Part shown: one piece after another, positions 25,358-39,360 of the stretch
Position numbering within the stretch: the first letter of the stretch is position 1
Layout: every line of letters begins with the position of its first letter
Assembly: GCF_000143415.4 (NCBI RefSeq)
Contig: NW_003314287.1
Location: 704,203 to 768,202 of the forward strand
DNA: 64,000 nt
Direction of reading: 5' to 3'
Origin: Selaginella moellendorffii
Lineage: Eukaryota > Plantae > Lycopodiophyta
Position numbers and translations under genes: made by a program
Notes under the pieces: model-generated
What the model saw: only the letters and a program-made list of their open reading frames with translations
Databases searched by the model: none
What the model was told of the DNA's origin: nothing

Positions 25358-27196
25358 ATGACCGCGGGGCTGGATTCTTCTCTCCCGAATGGCGCCGAGG
25401 CCAGCATCGACATGCGATTCCATGGCGGCGCCGGAGGCAGCGAGAAACAAGTGGAGCGCACAGGTATGGGGATCGAGCGAGCAAGAAAGGGTTTTTCCTT
25501 TAGTTTTCGCATAGCTTCCATTTTTTTTCTTTGGGCTTTGCATGGCGTCTAAAGATCTGGGCTTTCTGCGCAGGGAACGTTTGCACTGCCTCCGCTCATG
25601 TAATCACTGCCGTGATTGGATCCGGAGTGTTGTCCCTTGCATGGAGCATCGCCCAGTTTGGATGGGTTCCCGGCCCAGCTATTCTATTTATTTTTTCCAT
25701 CGTGACCTTCTATGCGTCTTTGCTCCTCGCGGATTGCTACAGGAGCCCAGACCCGGCCTTTGGGAGAAGGAACACTACCTACATTGATGCCGTCAAGAAC
25801 ATCTTGGGTGAGCTTAAAGTTCTATAGTTCTTTTGTTCCCAAGTAACTTTTTTTTTCTTTTGGTTGTGCTTCTAGGTGGCAGGCAAGAATGGTTTTGCGG
25901 TCTCGCCCAGTATGGCAATCTCATCGGTGCTACTATTGGATACACCATAACTTCTGGGAAGAGCATGGTGGCGATTAGCAAAGGTCACTGTTTACGCCAT
26001 AACCGGCACCTAAGCAATCCATCATCGTGCAACATCCATGACGGGAGGTACTTGCTCGTTTTCGGAGCTGCTCAGCTCCTCTTCTCGCAGATACCAGACA
26101 TACACCAGATTTGGTGGCTTTCCATCGTCGCGTCGATCATGTCTTTTTCGTATTCGTTTGTCGGGCTGGGTCTCAGCGCTGGTCAAGCAGTACGTAAGTA
26201 GAGCGAAACACGTTTGCGCTGATTCTTTACTCATGTTTTCGTGATTCAGATGGAACTCAAGGTACCGCATTTGGGATTGGCATTGGACCTGGACCGCACT
26301 CTGTCAGCTCAGCTGATAAAGTCTGGGGTATACTCCAGGCGCTTGGGAATATTGCTTTTGCTTACTCGTTCTCATCCATCCTTATCGAGATTCAAGTATT
26401 TGTGTTCAGTCAGAGCATTTTTTTCCTTTCGAACTCAAGTGGGTTTGATTGATTGTCTGACAGGATACACTCAAGTCGCCCCCATCCGAGAACGTAAGCA
26501 TGAAGAGAGCTACGTCAATCGGTGTTCTCGTCACCACCATATTCTACATGGCTGTCGGCTGCGTCGGCTACGCAGCTTTTGGAAACGATGCTCCGGGAAA
26601 TCTCTTGACCGGATTCGCGCACAGCAAGTTGTTCTGGCTTGTCGACTTTGCGAACATCTGCATCATCATCCATCTCGTCGGCGGCTATCAGGTAACGTAA
26701 CCTCAGCTTTCCTGGCTTTCAAAGCTGGAGAACAAATTCCTTTTTCTAACACGCTCTCCCGACTTGACAGGTATATGCTCAACCAGTGTTCGCGCTGGGG
26801 GAATGGTACGCCTCCCAGAAGTGGCCAAAGTCGAACCTCGTAAACAGGGAATACTCCGTAACGGTGCTCACCCCGAGGATTGGAGTTTTCAGGTTCACCA
26901 TCTTCAAGCTCTTCTGGCGGACCTTGTTCGTGCTCTTCACGACCATTGTCTCGCTCGTGTTCCCGTTTTTCAACGCCGTCATCGGCCTGGTTGGAGCCAT
27001 CACCTTCTGGCCGCTCACCGTCTACTTCCCGGTGGAGATGTACTCGAAGCAGTCGGGCGTGCGGAGGTGGTCGTGCAAGGCTATGGCACTCCAGAGCTTG
27101 AGCTTTGTGTGCTTCCTCGTCTCGCTGTCCGCGGCCGTGGGATCGGTACAGGGAATCATCAGCTCGTCCAGGCGCTACAAGCCGTTTGAGTTCTAA
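25358..27196 (+). CDS. Amino acid permease (AAP family), divergent paralog
   Basis: TASAHVITAVIGSGVLSLAW; LGNIAFAYS; FWPLTVYFP. Confidence 0.95.
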
Positions 27197-28252
27197 GAGA
27201 AGTTTCCAAGTTTCCTTTCAAGAGTTCGTTCCAAGGCGAAAGAATGCAAAGCTACCATGTCCACTTGGGAGGAGGAAAACTAAACGTTTCTTCTTGCCTC
27301 ACAAGGATCGAAATCAAAGTGGTATTTTTTTTTCTCTCCTTGGCTGTAGATCTTGTAAGGAATTTTCTTCCAGAGAATGAGATGATGGTATGTGTCCGGG
27401 AGTGTTTGGTTATACTCATTCCATCGCCGCCTCTCGCGAGCACGCGCTGGAAGACGACTGGGCATCGGACGGCTGGGAGATGGCCTTGCCAAGTAAGCCC
27501 TAAAAACAGAGTCCCCTGTTTAGGGTTCTCGGACATCGTGCTCTTTGACAAATCTGGGTGGTACCAATTGGAATGAGCGCTCCTCTCTTTTTTCTACATG
27601 GTGGTTTTTCTTCTCTGCATTGGTACGAGCGATGGATTCGAGCGCGCGTCTTTGTTTTGCGTGATCTTTTCCACAGCCCAAAGGGCCACGAATAATTCGT
27701 GATTCGAAATCCTAGGAGATAGAACAAAGATCTCTCCTCTATAGTGAATGATCAAATGGGAATTGTTTTCAGCCGACATTCCTTTCAATCTTATAGTTTA
27801 CTTTCTCTCTCTCTCTCTCTCTCGCTCTTTTCTTTGATTTTCTTTGATATCCATATCCTATTCTCTCTGTTAGCTATGGCTGGTGTTTCTTTGTCATGGC
27901 AGAGTTTGGGCAGGACCGGCCAAGCACGGGTGTGAAAGAAAAGCTCTGGCTTCTCAGTCAAGATTTCTTTCTTTTTATTCTCTCTGCGATTTGTATGGAG
28001 ATCAGATTTTGAAAGGCGAAATGCCAAGATGATTCCATGTTCCTCTCCCTCCATTTCCGAGATAATGGATCGATCTATAATCAAATTGGCCGAAAGGGCT
28101 TGCTCCTGGAATCGATTTGTCCGAACCAAAAGCGACAATCCCCTCAAAAGCTGTGCGTGTGTCACTCCTTCCCCTGTTCTTGTTGTTGTTGGATTAATAG
28201 ACCCGCGCGCGCACAGTGAGACGAGAAAGGAGGACAGCGATAGGGAGTGAGA

Positions 28253-28295
<43 letters not shown>

Positions 28296-28584
28296 TCATT
28301 AAGATCAGTGTACACCGGTCTCGACTCCGATCGCTCGCGATTGCTCCATCCATCTATCCATTCCTGTGTATATATTCCTCTTCTCTCATTCAATGCTCTT
28401 CCCGGTGTTTGTCATAGTGGAGCTTTCCTTTCCATTTTTTCTGCCTCAGTGGAACCAGCACCACCATAAAACTATGGCGATTGTCACATACGATGCCTCT
28501 GTAGGAAGTTTAAATCGCGGGAATTTGCTCGTGCTCTAGTCTCACGATTTGATCCATCTCTTTTCCTCTCTTTTTTCTGATATC

Positions 28585-31500
28585 ATGGGAGCTCCTCGAG
28601 AGCTGCTACTGCCGCTACTCTTTCTCGTTACTCTTGTCCCTCCAGCCATCGGCATTCTAGAACGAGAGCATTTAAAGCACGAGTACGAGCGTAACGAGAG
28701 TAACGAGAGGAAGGTTTACCTGGTGGTTGTGAGAGGGAGGCCGGTCGTTCATTATCAAGGAGGCATTCCCGGATTTCCTGCGACATCGAGCAAGCAAAGA
28801 ATCAACAATGCTCTCAGGTATAGCGATCGAAACAATCTTTCTCGATGGAACGTGAATAAGAAAGCTTTGATTGCTAGGATTGGTTTTCCTTGCGGATGGA
28901 TCACAGAGCTTTGGTTTTTGCAGTGACGAGGACAAGAATTACGCCTCGCTGCTCGTCGCGCGGCATGACGAACTTCTCGCCAAGGCCTTTCCAGGCGAGA
29001 AGAGCTACCGGAAGCTCTACAGCTATCACCACTTGATCAATGGATTCGCGGTGGAGCTGACTGAAACACAGGTAAGAAACTCATGTCATCCCAGCGATCG
29101 AAGGCGGTAAAACTCTCTTCTGATCAAAGGCAGCGCGGCTGGAGAGAATGGACGACGTTGTCCACGTCGAGCGAGACGAGCGAGTCCAGACGATGACCAC
29201 TCACACCCCGGAGTACATGGGACTGCCCGGGAAGTGCTGGCCAAAGCTGGGAGGCGTCGCGAATGCTGGGCAGGGAGTGGTGATTGGAATCGTCGACACC
29301 GGCATTGACCCCTCCCACCAGAGCTTCAAATCCTCTTCGTCTTCCACGAAATCATCTTCCAGTAGTCCAGTTAAGTTTACTGGGAAATGCGAGGTTGCGA
29401 ACGAATTCCCGCAAGGCTCCTGCTCGGGGAAGATTGTTGGAGCCCGGCACTTTGCGCAGGCCGCGATTGCTTCCGGGGAGTTCAACGCCAGCGTTCACTA
29501 CGCGTCGCCCCTGGATGGAGATGGACATGGCACGTAAGTTTGTGCTCTATGATCACATATCACTTGATCATCGCGCTCTTTCTTCTCTTCATCAGCCACA
29601 CTGCTGCTACTGCTGCTGGGAATAGCGGCGTCTCGGTTGTCGTCAATGGCTTCAACTTTGGGAGCTCCAGCGGCATGGCACCCGCGGCAAAGTAAGTCGA
29701 GCGAAGAAAGAACGACTTAAACATCTCGGGCTTTCATACAGAATCGCGGTGTACAAGGCGCTCTACCGATACATTGGAGGCTTCTTCGCGGACGTGGTCG
29801 CCGCCATCGATCAAGTAAGCTCGCTCGCTATAGCAACTTGCAAGCTCACGGGTTTCTTTGTTTCGTTCAACTTGGGTCGTTCTCCTGCCTCGTTTCTCTT
29901 CGTTTTCCTCCATTTCTCGTCACATTGCTTTGTGTGATCGATCAGGCTGTTGCCGATGGAGTGGACGTGCTGAGCCTTTCAGTCGGGCCCAACGGGCTCC
30001 CACGCCGGAACTTGACATTCATGAGCACCTTCGACCTGGCGCTGCTGTCGGCCGTCAAGGCGGGCGTGTTTGTAACCCAGGCTGTTGGAAACGGGGGACC
30101 GTATCCCCGGACCAGCCTGTCCTTCAGCCCCTGGATATTCTCCGTAGCAGCGGCCACCCACGACAGGACCTACCCAAACGCCATCACCCTCGGGAGCAAC
30201 ATCACCATCACGGGAACCGGCCTCGCATGTAAGATACACGCAAGTGTACTGCCTTCTGTGGCTTTCCTCGTCGTTATCTTGCCCCTCCGCCACCTTTTTT
30301 GTGCCCGCCAGCTGCTCCGTTGACGTGCCATGCTTGCCAGCTGATGTAATGTGGGGCTTTCTGGGTATTGTTTGCAGCCGGGACAAATGGCAGCTTCAGC
30401 CTTATCACCGCAGCAGATGCCACCAATGGGAATGTGTCCAGGATCCTTGTCGATGAGTGCCAGGACGCCGGGAACTACAACAGGTCGCTCGTCAGCGGCA
30501 GGATTCTCGTGTGCAGCTACAGCCTGCGGTATCTGTTCGGGGTGTCGACGCTGGCCGACGCGGTTGTGGCCGCGCAAGCGCTCAGAGCGTCCGGGCTTGT
30601 GTTTCTGGCCACGCCCGACCTCGACGGCCACAGCTTCCCGCCGTCCCCGATCGGCTTCCCGGCGATCATCATCCCCAGCTCCAAAGACTCCGCGGTAAAG
30701 TTCATCCGCCACCTTTCTTGGATCTTAACTATCTCACTGCATTTGCCGCTAGGTGTTGCTCCACTACTACAACACGTCCACGAGAAGAGACGAGTCAGGC
30801 AGGCTCTCGAGCTCCGCGGCCATGGCCACCATAGCAGGAGGCCGCGAAGCTCTTTTCAGCTTCTCGGCACCAAAGGTGGCGACGTACTCGTCCCGGGGCC
30901 CGGACGTGAATAGCAACAACCTGGACGTGGCTGATGTGCTCAAGCCCAACATCCTGGCTCCCGGGAACCTCATCTGGGCGGCGTGGTCCTCGATCGGGAG
31001 TGACGAGCGGGAGTTCGAAGGCCAGGAGTTTGCACTCATCTCCGGGACGAGCATGGCCACGCCCCACATCGCCGGCATCGCGGCGCTCGTCAAGCAGCGG
31101 TTCCCGTCGCTCAGCCCCGCCGGGATCGCGTCGGCCATGTCCACCACCGCTCTCACTCTCGACTCCAATGGCCAGCCACTACTCGCACAGCACCCCTCGA
31201 GCAATGTCGACTCCATTCTCGGCCCGGCCACCCCATTCGACTTTGGAGCCGGTTTTGTGAATCCCGCAGCGGCGATTGATCCTGGCTTGATCTTCGATGC
31301 CGGTGAGTTTTTCTATTCGATCGCGTTCGTCTCGACTAAGGCGTTTTTGCTGCCAGGATTCCGAGACTACATCCAGTTCTTGTGCTCCATTCCGGCTCTC
31401 AGCAACTCGACAGTGTCAGCCGCGACTGGATCGTCTTGCTTGTCATCGCCATCGTCACCCTCTTCGTCCTCCTCAAACACCACCGCTGCCGCCAGCATTT

Positions 31501-31835
31501 CTTCCAGCTTTGCCTCGGATCTTAACACTCCATACGTGAGTATCGCGAGCCTCAATGGCGCCAGATCTGTGGTGAGAATCGCGACAAGCGTGAGCGAGAG
31601 GGACGAGGCTTACAATGCTACATTGGTCGTCCCCGCCGGGGTCTCAGTGACGGTACAACCATCGAGTTTCTCCGTGCGCGGTGGACAATTGGTCAAGTTG
31701 ACGCTCACTCTCAAGGCTCTAGTCACCTCTTCGGCTCCCAGTTTTGGGGAGCTCCTCCTGGATGGCGATCGGGGACACAGGCTTCATCTCCCCATTTGCG
31801 TCAGCTCCAAGATCGCCTCCTCCGGTACCTCCTGA
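28585..31835 (+). CDS. Subtilisin-like serine protease (S8, SBT2-like)
   Basis: Signal peptide; I9 prodomain KLYSYHHLINGFA; triad VDTG / DGHG / SGTSMA. Confidence 0.93.
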
Positions 31836-32311
31836 AGCTTTTCAATGTTTTCTCACAAAGCAAAGCAGATCTAACCTCAGCCCAAGTGTTCATAAGCTTA
31901 AAAACACGAGTACAAATTCTCGCAAGTTTCGAGAGACATCCATACTCGCCTCCTCCTCGTAAACCATTCTTCTCAATGTTCTCTCACGAAGCAACGTCAG
32001 CCCAAGTATCCTGAGAAGAAGAATTATTATAAATGCTCGCAGAGAAGGACAAGCGCCAATGAAATTGAGAAAACATCAGCCTACACGACATCCATACCTC
32101 GCATTGATCCTATCATCGAACGAAAACTCTAAACGAAATAGTCAATTTGCTCACTGTCTCTAGTGGCGACCTCTTTGCCAAATGACCATGTTCAAAGGTG
32201 GGCTGGCGATCGAGAGAGGCAGATTTGAGCGGAGTTTCTGCTTGTGCTGTGTGTGATCTTGGCAGGAGTGATGATGGTGAGTGATATTGTCCAGCCGATC
32301 GACATCCCAAA

Positions 32312-34781
32312 CATACTTGCATTCGAACAGTACGATTAATAAAAAATGCCATTTAAAAGGCGTGTATAATACGGCGTTTAAATATTTTAAAAAAACCCTA
32401 AATATGCACTTAGGATTAGGGTTCATGTAAAATCAGGGTTCATGGGATCCGGAGGCAGCCATGCTGGAGCTGGGCTCCATGTTCTGAAACAGAGGCTGAC
32501 ATCCGAGACAAACCACGGCATGAGTCCATGGAAGTGTAAGTATTGCTCGAATACTTACACTGGCATGGCTGAACAAGTTTGCCCTCACTTTGGGGGTGTG
32601 AAAGGAAGGAATGTAAAGATTTGTACAGGACAGGTGCCACTGGAGGTGGTGAACAAGGCTTGGGCATCTTTTAATCGTGTGGAGCTCACGAAGAACTCCA
32701 AATCCCCAAGAGAGACTTGCCTTAGCTCACGAGACTGAGGTTGAGCAGTGGTGCCAGCTACAGGGCAAGTGGTGGGGCTACCAGAGGGCTGGGTGAGGTG
32801 AGCAGCAGCAGCGTTCCACTTTCCAGGAGCAGCAGTCTTAAACGAAGTGTTGCACCGGCATTGGATGGTGACATTTGAAAGATGATGAAGTTTGCAAAGG
32901 TTCAATGTCTGGATGATGCCATGGCCGAGTTCTTCTACGTTGAAAATATCCCTTTCAACACCATTCGGAAGCCAAATTTGAGGAAGTTGCTTCAAGCTGC
33001 TATGGACTTCAGCCCTGGAGCTCTTGCACAAATGATGGGATATGAGAAGCTGCGGAGTACACAGCTGAAGAAGCTTTATAATAGTGTCAATGCTCGACTT
33101 GATCCAATCTGTGAGGGGTGGAGAAAATATGGAGTTAGCATCGTCACTGATGCCTGGTCTGACAACCATAGCCGATCCTTGATCAACTTCATGGCCTCCA
33201 ACGTCCAGGGTTCGGTTTTCTTGAAGTCTGTAGATTCCGAGGGCAGGACAAAGATGGGAGAGTGGATTTGGGTCGAGCTGAAGAAAGTGATTCAAGAAGT
33301 TGGCAAAGAAACCGTTGTTCAAGTGATCACTGACAATGCATCAAACTGTGTGCAGATGGGAGAACTCATGACAGCTGAGTATCCTCACATTCTCCACAGC
33401 CGGTGTGTGTGCCACGTCTTGGACCTTCTATTTGAAGACATTGGGAGCTTGTCGTGGGTAAAACCACTGGTGAAATGCTGTAACGAGGTGGTAACTTTTA
33501 TCACCAAAAAACCTCATGTTCTGGCGTTGTTTCAGAAGCTGAGCAATCGGGATCTCATCAAGCCAGCGAGCACAAGGTTCGCTTACATGTTTCTAGTGAT
33601 GTCTCAACTCCTGAATCTGACGACCTTGGAGGCATTGAAGGAGATGGTTGTGAGCTCCGAGTGGCAGCGATTGGACGTCACGAAGACTGCCAAAGCCCAG
33701 CGCATTTGAACTCGGATCTTAGAAGAGACTCCGAACTCTTTCTGGACTAGGTGCCAGCACTTGTTGGTGCTGCTTGGACCGCTCCTCAAGGTCTTGAAGC
33801 TTGCGGACCGGGAGGGGGCAACTTCCGGTCTCATTTTCAAGGCTATGGACTGGATGAATGAGAAGCTTTCAGAGGCTGTTGAGACTAGGATTTTAGCCGA
33901 GGAAGAGGTCAAGGAGATCAACAGGTTCATGATGGAGGATCATGGTGAGGGAGGTCGGAAAGCAGCTTGTTAGTTCCGTATGGAGCTGCTTTTGTTCTAA
34001 ACCCAGCTTTTCTTCATCTCCCTCTTGACCAGGAGGCTCAGGAAGATTTTGTGGAGTACCTAGAATTGTATTGCAAAGGAGATCGAGGACTTCAACACAA
34101 GCTGTTGCACGAGTTTCAGAGTTTCCATCAACAACTTGGCCGTTTGTTCTCTTCGGAGGCAGCAAAGTAGGTGTGTATAAACTATTTGTTTGTCAACTTT
34201 TTAGATTGATTCTCTTATATAGATGGAGAACCGGAAACACCTAGTGAGTTGGTGGAGCAACTTTGGTGTAGGCACACCAGAACTTCAAAGGCTTGCTTTA
34301 CGGATCTTGAGTCAGCCAGTTTGTGCTTCACCATGCGAGCGAAACTGGGAGCATGATCCAGACAAAGAGGAGGTCTTGACTGCTCTCCAAAAACTCAGAG
34401 AAGCTGGTTTTTGTGCACACAAATATGTGTGTTGTACAGAATATTGAGTCTGGGAGTTTGAGGCTTATCAAGCATGATCTTGATAACTTTGAGCTTGAAC
34501 CTCAGTGGCAAAGGATCCTTGCACTTCAGAAGGTTGTTGAAGAACCTTTTCAACAACCTGATGATGACGGCGCTAGTGGTGATGATGTTCTAGATTTGGA
34601 AGATGAAGATTAGATTAAACCTATATTATATTATGTTAAATTTTGTTTAGTAACAGTTAATTATTTTTTAATTATATTAGAACTGAAAACCATTATACCC
34701 ATTCGAGAAAAAGCTAAACAGGTATTAAATGTTCGATACCCGTTCGAATCCAGTTGCATTCAAATGTTTGGATGCAAGTAT
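32312..34781 (+). mobile_element. hAT DNA transposon with decayed transposase
   Basis: TIR CATACTTGCATTCGAACA / TGTTTGGATGCAAGTAT; target ATCCCAAA; BED-like WKCKYC, DUF659-type TDAWS, CVCHVLDL, WW..TPELQ..SPCERNW; internal stops. Confidence 0.92.
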
Positions 34782-35350
34782 CCCAAAGGACACTGTCAAA
34801 TGCGCTCACCCCCTTGTCAATGCCGAGTTCTTGGGAGCTTCTCTGCTGATCGAGGTGAGTTTCTCATCATGGTTTCTCACACGAAGAACCCGGTTTTTGC
34901 AAGGGATTGTCCAAGGAGCAAAAAATCGGTGGAGTGTGGCTGGGTGGCGCTCAGATGCTCCACACGAGCACCCCTCTCCTGACACTGGAGGGGACAAACT
35001 GGACGATCCAAAGGGACGCCACCAGTTTCGAATCTCTCTTCCTATCCAGCTCAAATCTCTCGCTCATCTTCTTGGATGTCACTGCCTCCTCCTCCATGAA
35101 CTCGTCACTGCCATCGACAAAATCTTCCTACAGAATTAGCATCACAGCCAACTTCTACTTGTTCAAGGAATCCACAGCCGAAATCATCGATCAAGCTTGT
35201 GGAAGTCGCCGATTCTTCTCACCCCTGGCAGGAACATCGGCCGGTTTGTTCCCGCCCCTTGCTGTTCTCCTGATCCATCCACCACCCTCCAACTCCACTG
35301 GGCTTTTGTTCGTATTCCAAAACGATCAGGAATCCTCCGCCATAGTGACT

Positions 35351-35935
35351 CAGTGCTTCAAAACATGCCGTGCACCATGGCGTGTTGGCGTGGTGACACG
35401 AACACGGCCCCCAGCCGTGTTAACACAGGCCGTGTTCATTGACTCGGTCAATGCTCCAAAACACGGCTCCAAACACGGTTGAAACACGGTCAAATACCAT
35501 GTGACCACGCCGTGTTCTAAAACAATAGCTCACGTGGTTCACATGAGCGTTTTACGCTTTGATGTTTTCTTGTCTTGCGATCAATAAAAAATTCCCGCGA
35601 TCAATCAAAAGGTTTTTCCAGAGATCTATGGCGATTTTCTTGGGCTGGGAATGCCCTCTCTAGGATTCTATGACAAGTTTGTGGGATTGAGCCAGACAGG
35701 AAGTATTCCTCAAATTACTGATGCTGATATTGAAGCTATGGAAGAAGAGGACGAAGACGAAGATGATGATCCTGCTAATGAGGAGCTTCTAGATGAGATG
35801 ATAAGTAGAATATTCTAGAGAATATTCATGTTTTCACCCGTGTTTATCTGTGTTCATTTCCGTGTTCCGTGTTCGTGTTCAAAAAATTGAATGCCGTGTT
35901 CGTGTTTGTGTTCGTGTTCGTGTTTTGAAGCTATG
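35351..35935 (+). mobile_element. Non-autonomous hAT element (585 bp)
   Basis: TIR CAGTGCTTCAAAACA / TGTTTTGAAGCTATG; 8-bp TSD TAGTGACT/TGGTGACT; subterminal CGTGTT/AACACG repeats. Confidence 0.9.
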
Positions 35936-36310
35936 TGGTGACTGTTCCAACCAACGTCGTCAGTGCTCGCTTGCAGGTCTTTGTTTCCTCGCATGGTGAC
36001 GATGACAAGGGAAGCTCCTCGGAGATGTGAGAGGTGGTGGTCACTCTAGACGGTGCTGTGGTGGACGCGATCTGGCCGAGCCCGGTGATCTACAGCGCTG
36101 GGATCAATGCATGACTTCTGTGGGATATACCTAGCTTCTACTCCATGATTGCAACTTGTTCATGTTGGATGTGCCTCGTCAACTTGTTTGAACGTGTTGG
36201 ACATAAAAACACCAAGTTGGCTAGGCACACGCAAGCGCCAGAGGACCAGTTCTCTTCTTCAAGTACATAATAGAGTTCTAGTGCTGCAGTAATGTACACA
36301 CAGCTGTGCA

Positions 36311-36847
36311 ATGAAGATCTTCATTCCCCTCGTTCTAACACTGGTTTTTGCAATCGCTCCTGCACAATCGAGCCTCCCAAAGCCGGGAGAATTGGATCTA
36401 TCAAAGTGCACCGAGGTGATCCGGTTCTACTTGCACGACCAGTTCAATGGGAGCAATCCGACAACAGCAATCGTCCTGCCTCCTCGTAACAACGAAACGT
36501 TGTTTGGTCAGGTTGCAATTTTTGATGACAAGTTGACTACGGAGTCCTCGATCAACTCCAAGCCTGTGGGAAGAGCCAAGGGTTTTCTGGTGATAGATTC
36601 GCTGAGCAAAAGCAGCTCTCTCCAGAGCATGACGGTGGAGCTGGAAGGGCGGAAAGGTACAATAGTGCTCCATGGTCAGAACCCCTTCACTGAGTCCCAA
36701 AGGGAAATAGCCGTTGTTGGGGGCACAGGAGAGTTCAGAAACGTTCAGGGCTACGCATTAACGAGCACAACTGGAGCTGAACCTGGTGGGTTTATTGCAA
36801 TCTACGAAGTTCATCTGGTGAGGCTCTGGGAATGCATCTGGAAATGA
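36311..36847 (+). CDS. Dirigent-like protein
   Basis: Signal peptide; FYLHD, FGQVAIFDDKLT, VGRAKG, REIAVVGGTGEFRNVQGYA. Confidence 0.92.
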   Translation: MKIFIPLVLTLVFAIAPAQSSLPKPGELDLSKCTEVIRFYLHDQFNGSNPTTAIVLPPRNNETLFGQVAIFDDKLTTESSINSKPVGRAKGFLVIDSLSKSSSLQSMTVELEGRKGTIVLHGQNPFTESQREIAVVGGTGEFRNVQGYALTSTTGAEPGGFIAIYEVHLVRLWECIWK

Positions 36848-37100
36848 TGAAACTCATATTTTACCATTTCAAACTCAGAACCATAGACCATTAAAAAATG
36901 AATATGCTTTATTTAATTATTATGCTTCAGCCATATCTTATAGAAAACGTGGGTAACCTATTAAGAGTCCTAGGGCGAAGAAACCACCATCGAATGCGAA
37001 CCACCGATAATTCTTGCTATAGCAGTTCAGTGACTCTTCTAGTTCTGAAATACCCACACTCTCAGTCACTCAAAATTTCTGAGACTGATCCGTGCAATTC

Positions 37101-38995
37101 GGTTTCTTTGTTTCCTTCAACTTGGGTTCTCCTGCCTTGTTTCTCTTCGTTTTCCTCCATTTCTCGTCACATTGCTTTGTGTGACCGATCAGGCTGTTCC
37201 CGATGGAGTGGACGTGCTGAGCCTTTCAGTCGGGCCCAACGGGCTCCCACGCCGGAACTTGACATTCATGAGCACCTTCGACCTGGCGCTGCTGTCGGCC
37301 GTCAAGGCGGGCGTGTTTGTGACCCAGGCTGTTGGAAACGGGGGACCGTATCCCCGGACCAGCCTGTCCTTCAGCCCCTGGATATTCTCCGTAGCAGCGG
37401 CCACCCACGACAGGGCCTACCCAAACGCCATCACCCTCGGGAGCATCACGGGAACCGGCCTCGCATGTAAGATACACGCAAGTGTACTGCCTTCTGTGGC
37501 TTTCCTCGTCGTTATCTTGCCCCTCCGCCACCTTTTTTGTGCCCGCCAGCTGCTCCGTTGACGTGCCATGCTTGCCAGCTGATGTAATGTGGGGCTTTCT
37601 GGGTATTGTTTGCAGCCGGGACAAATGGCAGCTTCAGCCTTATCACCGCAGCAGATGCCACCAATGGGAATGTGTCCAGGATCCTTGTCGATGAGTGCCA
37701 GGACGCCGGGAACTACAACAGGTCGCTCGTCAGCGGCAGGATTCTCGTGTGCAGCTACAGCCTGCGGTATCTGTTCGGGGTGTCGACGCTGGCCGACACG
37801 GTTGCAGCCGTGCAAGAGCTCAGAGCGTCCGGGCTTGTGTTTCTGGCCACGCCCGACGTCGACGGCCACAGCTTCCCGCCGTCCCCGATCGGCTTCCCGG
37901 TGATCATCATCCCCAGCTCCAAAGACTCCGCGGTAAAGTTCATCCGCCACCTTTCTTGGATCTTAACTATCTCACTGCATTTGCCACCAGGTGTTGCTCC
38001 ACTACTACAACACATCCACGGCCATGGCCACCATAGCAGGAGGCCGCACCAAGGTGGCGACGTACTCGTCCCGGACGTGAATAGCAACAACCTGGACGTG
38101 GCTGATGTGCTCAAGCCCAACATCCTGCCTCCCGGGAACCTCATCTGGGCGGCGTGGTCCTCGATCGGGAGCGACGAGCGGGAGTTCGAAGGCCAGGAGT
38201 TTGCGCTTATCTCCGGGGCGAGCATGGCCACGCCCCACATCGCCGGCATCGCGGCGCTCGTCAAGCAGCGCTTCCCGTCGCTCAGCCCCGCCGGGATTGC
38301 GTCGGCCATGTCCACCACCGCTCTCACTCTCGACTCGAATGGCCAGCCACTACTCGCACAGCACCCCTCGAGCAATGTCGACTCCATTCTCGGCCCGGCC
38401 ACCCCATTCGACTTTGGAGCCGGTTTTGTGAATCCCGCAGCGGCGATTGATCCTGGCTTGATCTTCGATGCCGGTGAGGTTTTCTATTCGATCGCGTTCG
38501 TCTCGACTAAGGTGTTTTTGCTGCCAGGATTCCGAGACTACATCCAGTTCTTGTGCTCCATTCCGGCTCTCAGCAACTCGACAGTGTCAGCCGCGACTGG
38601 ATCGTCTTTCTTGTCAACCCTCTTCGTCCTCCTCAAAGACCACCGCTGCCGCCAGCACTTCTTCCAGCTTTGCCTCGGATCTTAACACTCCATACGTGAG
38701 TATCGCGAGCCTCAATGGCGCCAGATCTGTGGTGAGAATCGCGACAAGCGTGAGCGAGAGGGACGAGGCTTACAATGCTACATTGGTCGTCCCCGCCGGG
38801 GTCTCAGTGACGGTACAACCATCGAGTTTCTCCGTGCGCGGTGGACAATTGGTCAAGTTGACGCTCACTCTCAAGGCTCTAGTCACCTCTTCGGCTCCCA
38901 TTTTTGGGGAGCTCCTCCTGGATGGCGATCGGGGACACAGGCTTCATCTCCCCATTTGCGTCAGCTCCAAGATCGCCTCCTCCGGTACCTCCTGA
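37101..38995 (+). pseudogene. 5'-truncated duplicate of the subtilase at 28585
   Basis: Near-identical to 29851-31835; lacks the Asp/His exons; deletions and frameshifts; SGASMA. Confidence 0.9.
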
Positions 38996-39360
38996 ACAAA
39001 GCAAAGCAGATCTAACCTCAGCCCAAGTGTTCATAAGCTTAAAAACACGAGCATAAATTCTCGCAAGTTTCGAGAGACATCCATACTCGCCTCCTCCTCG
39101 TAAACCATTCTTCTCAATGTTTTCTCACGAAGCAACGTCAGAAGAATTATTATAAATGCTCGCAGAGAAGGACAAGCGCCAATGAAAATGAGAAAACATC
39201 ACCCTACACGACATCCATACCTCGCATTGATCCTATCATCGAACGAAAAACTCTAAACGAAATAGTCAATTTGCTCACTGTCTCTAGTGGCGACCTCTTT
39301 GCCAAATGACCATGTTTAAAAGGTGGGCTGGCGATCGAGAGAGGCAGATTTGAGCACCCA

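Larger units (their letters stand above)
32232..36111 (+). pseudogene. PNGase A-like pseudogene interrupted by two hAT elements
   Basis: Collinear with 39361-40282 but start codon lost, internal deletions, TGA stop, 3' truncated. Confidence 0.88.
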
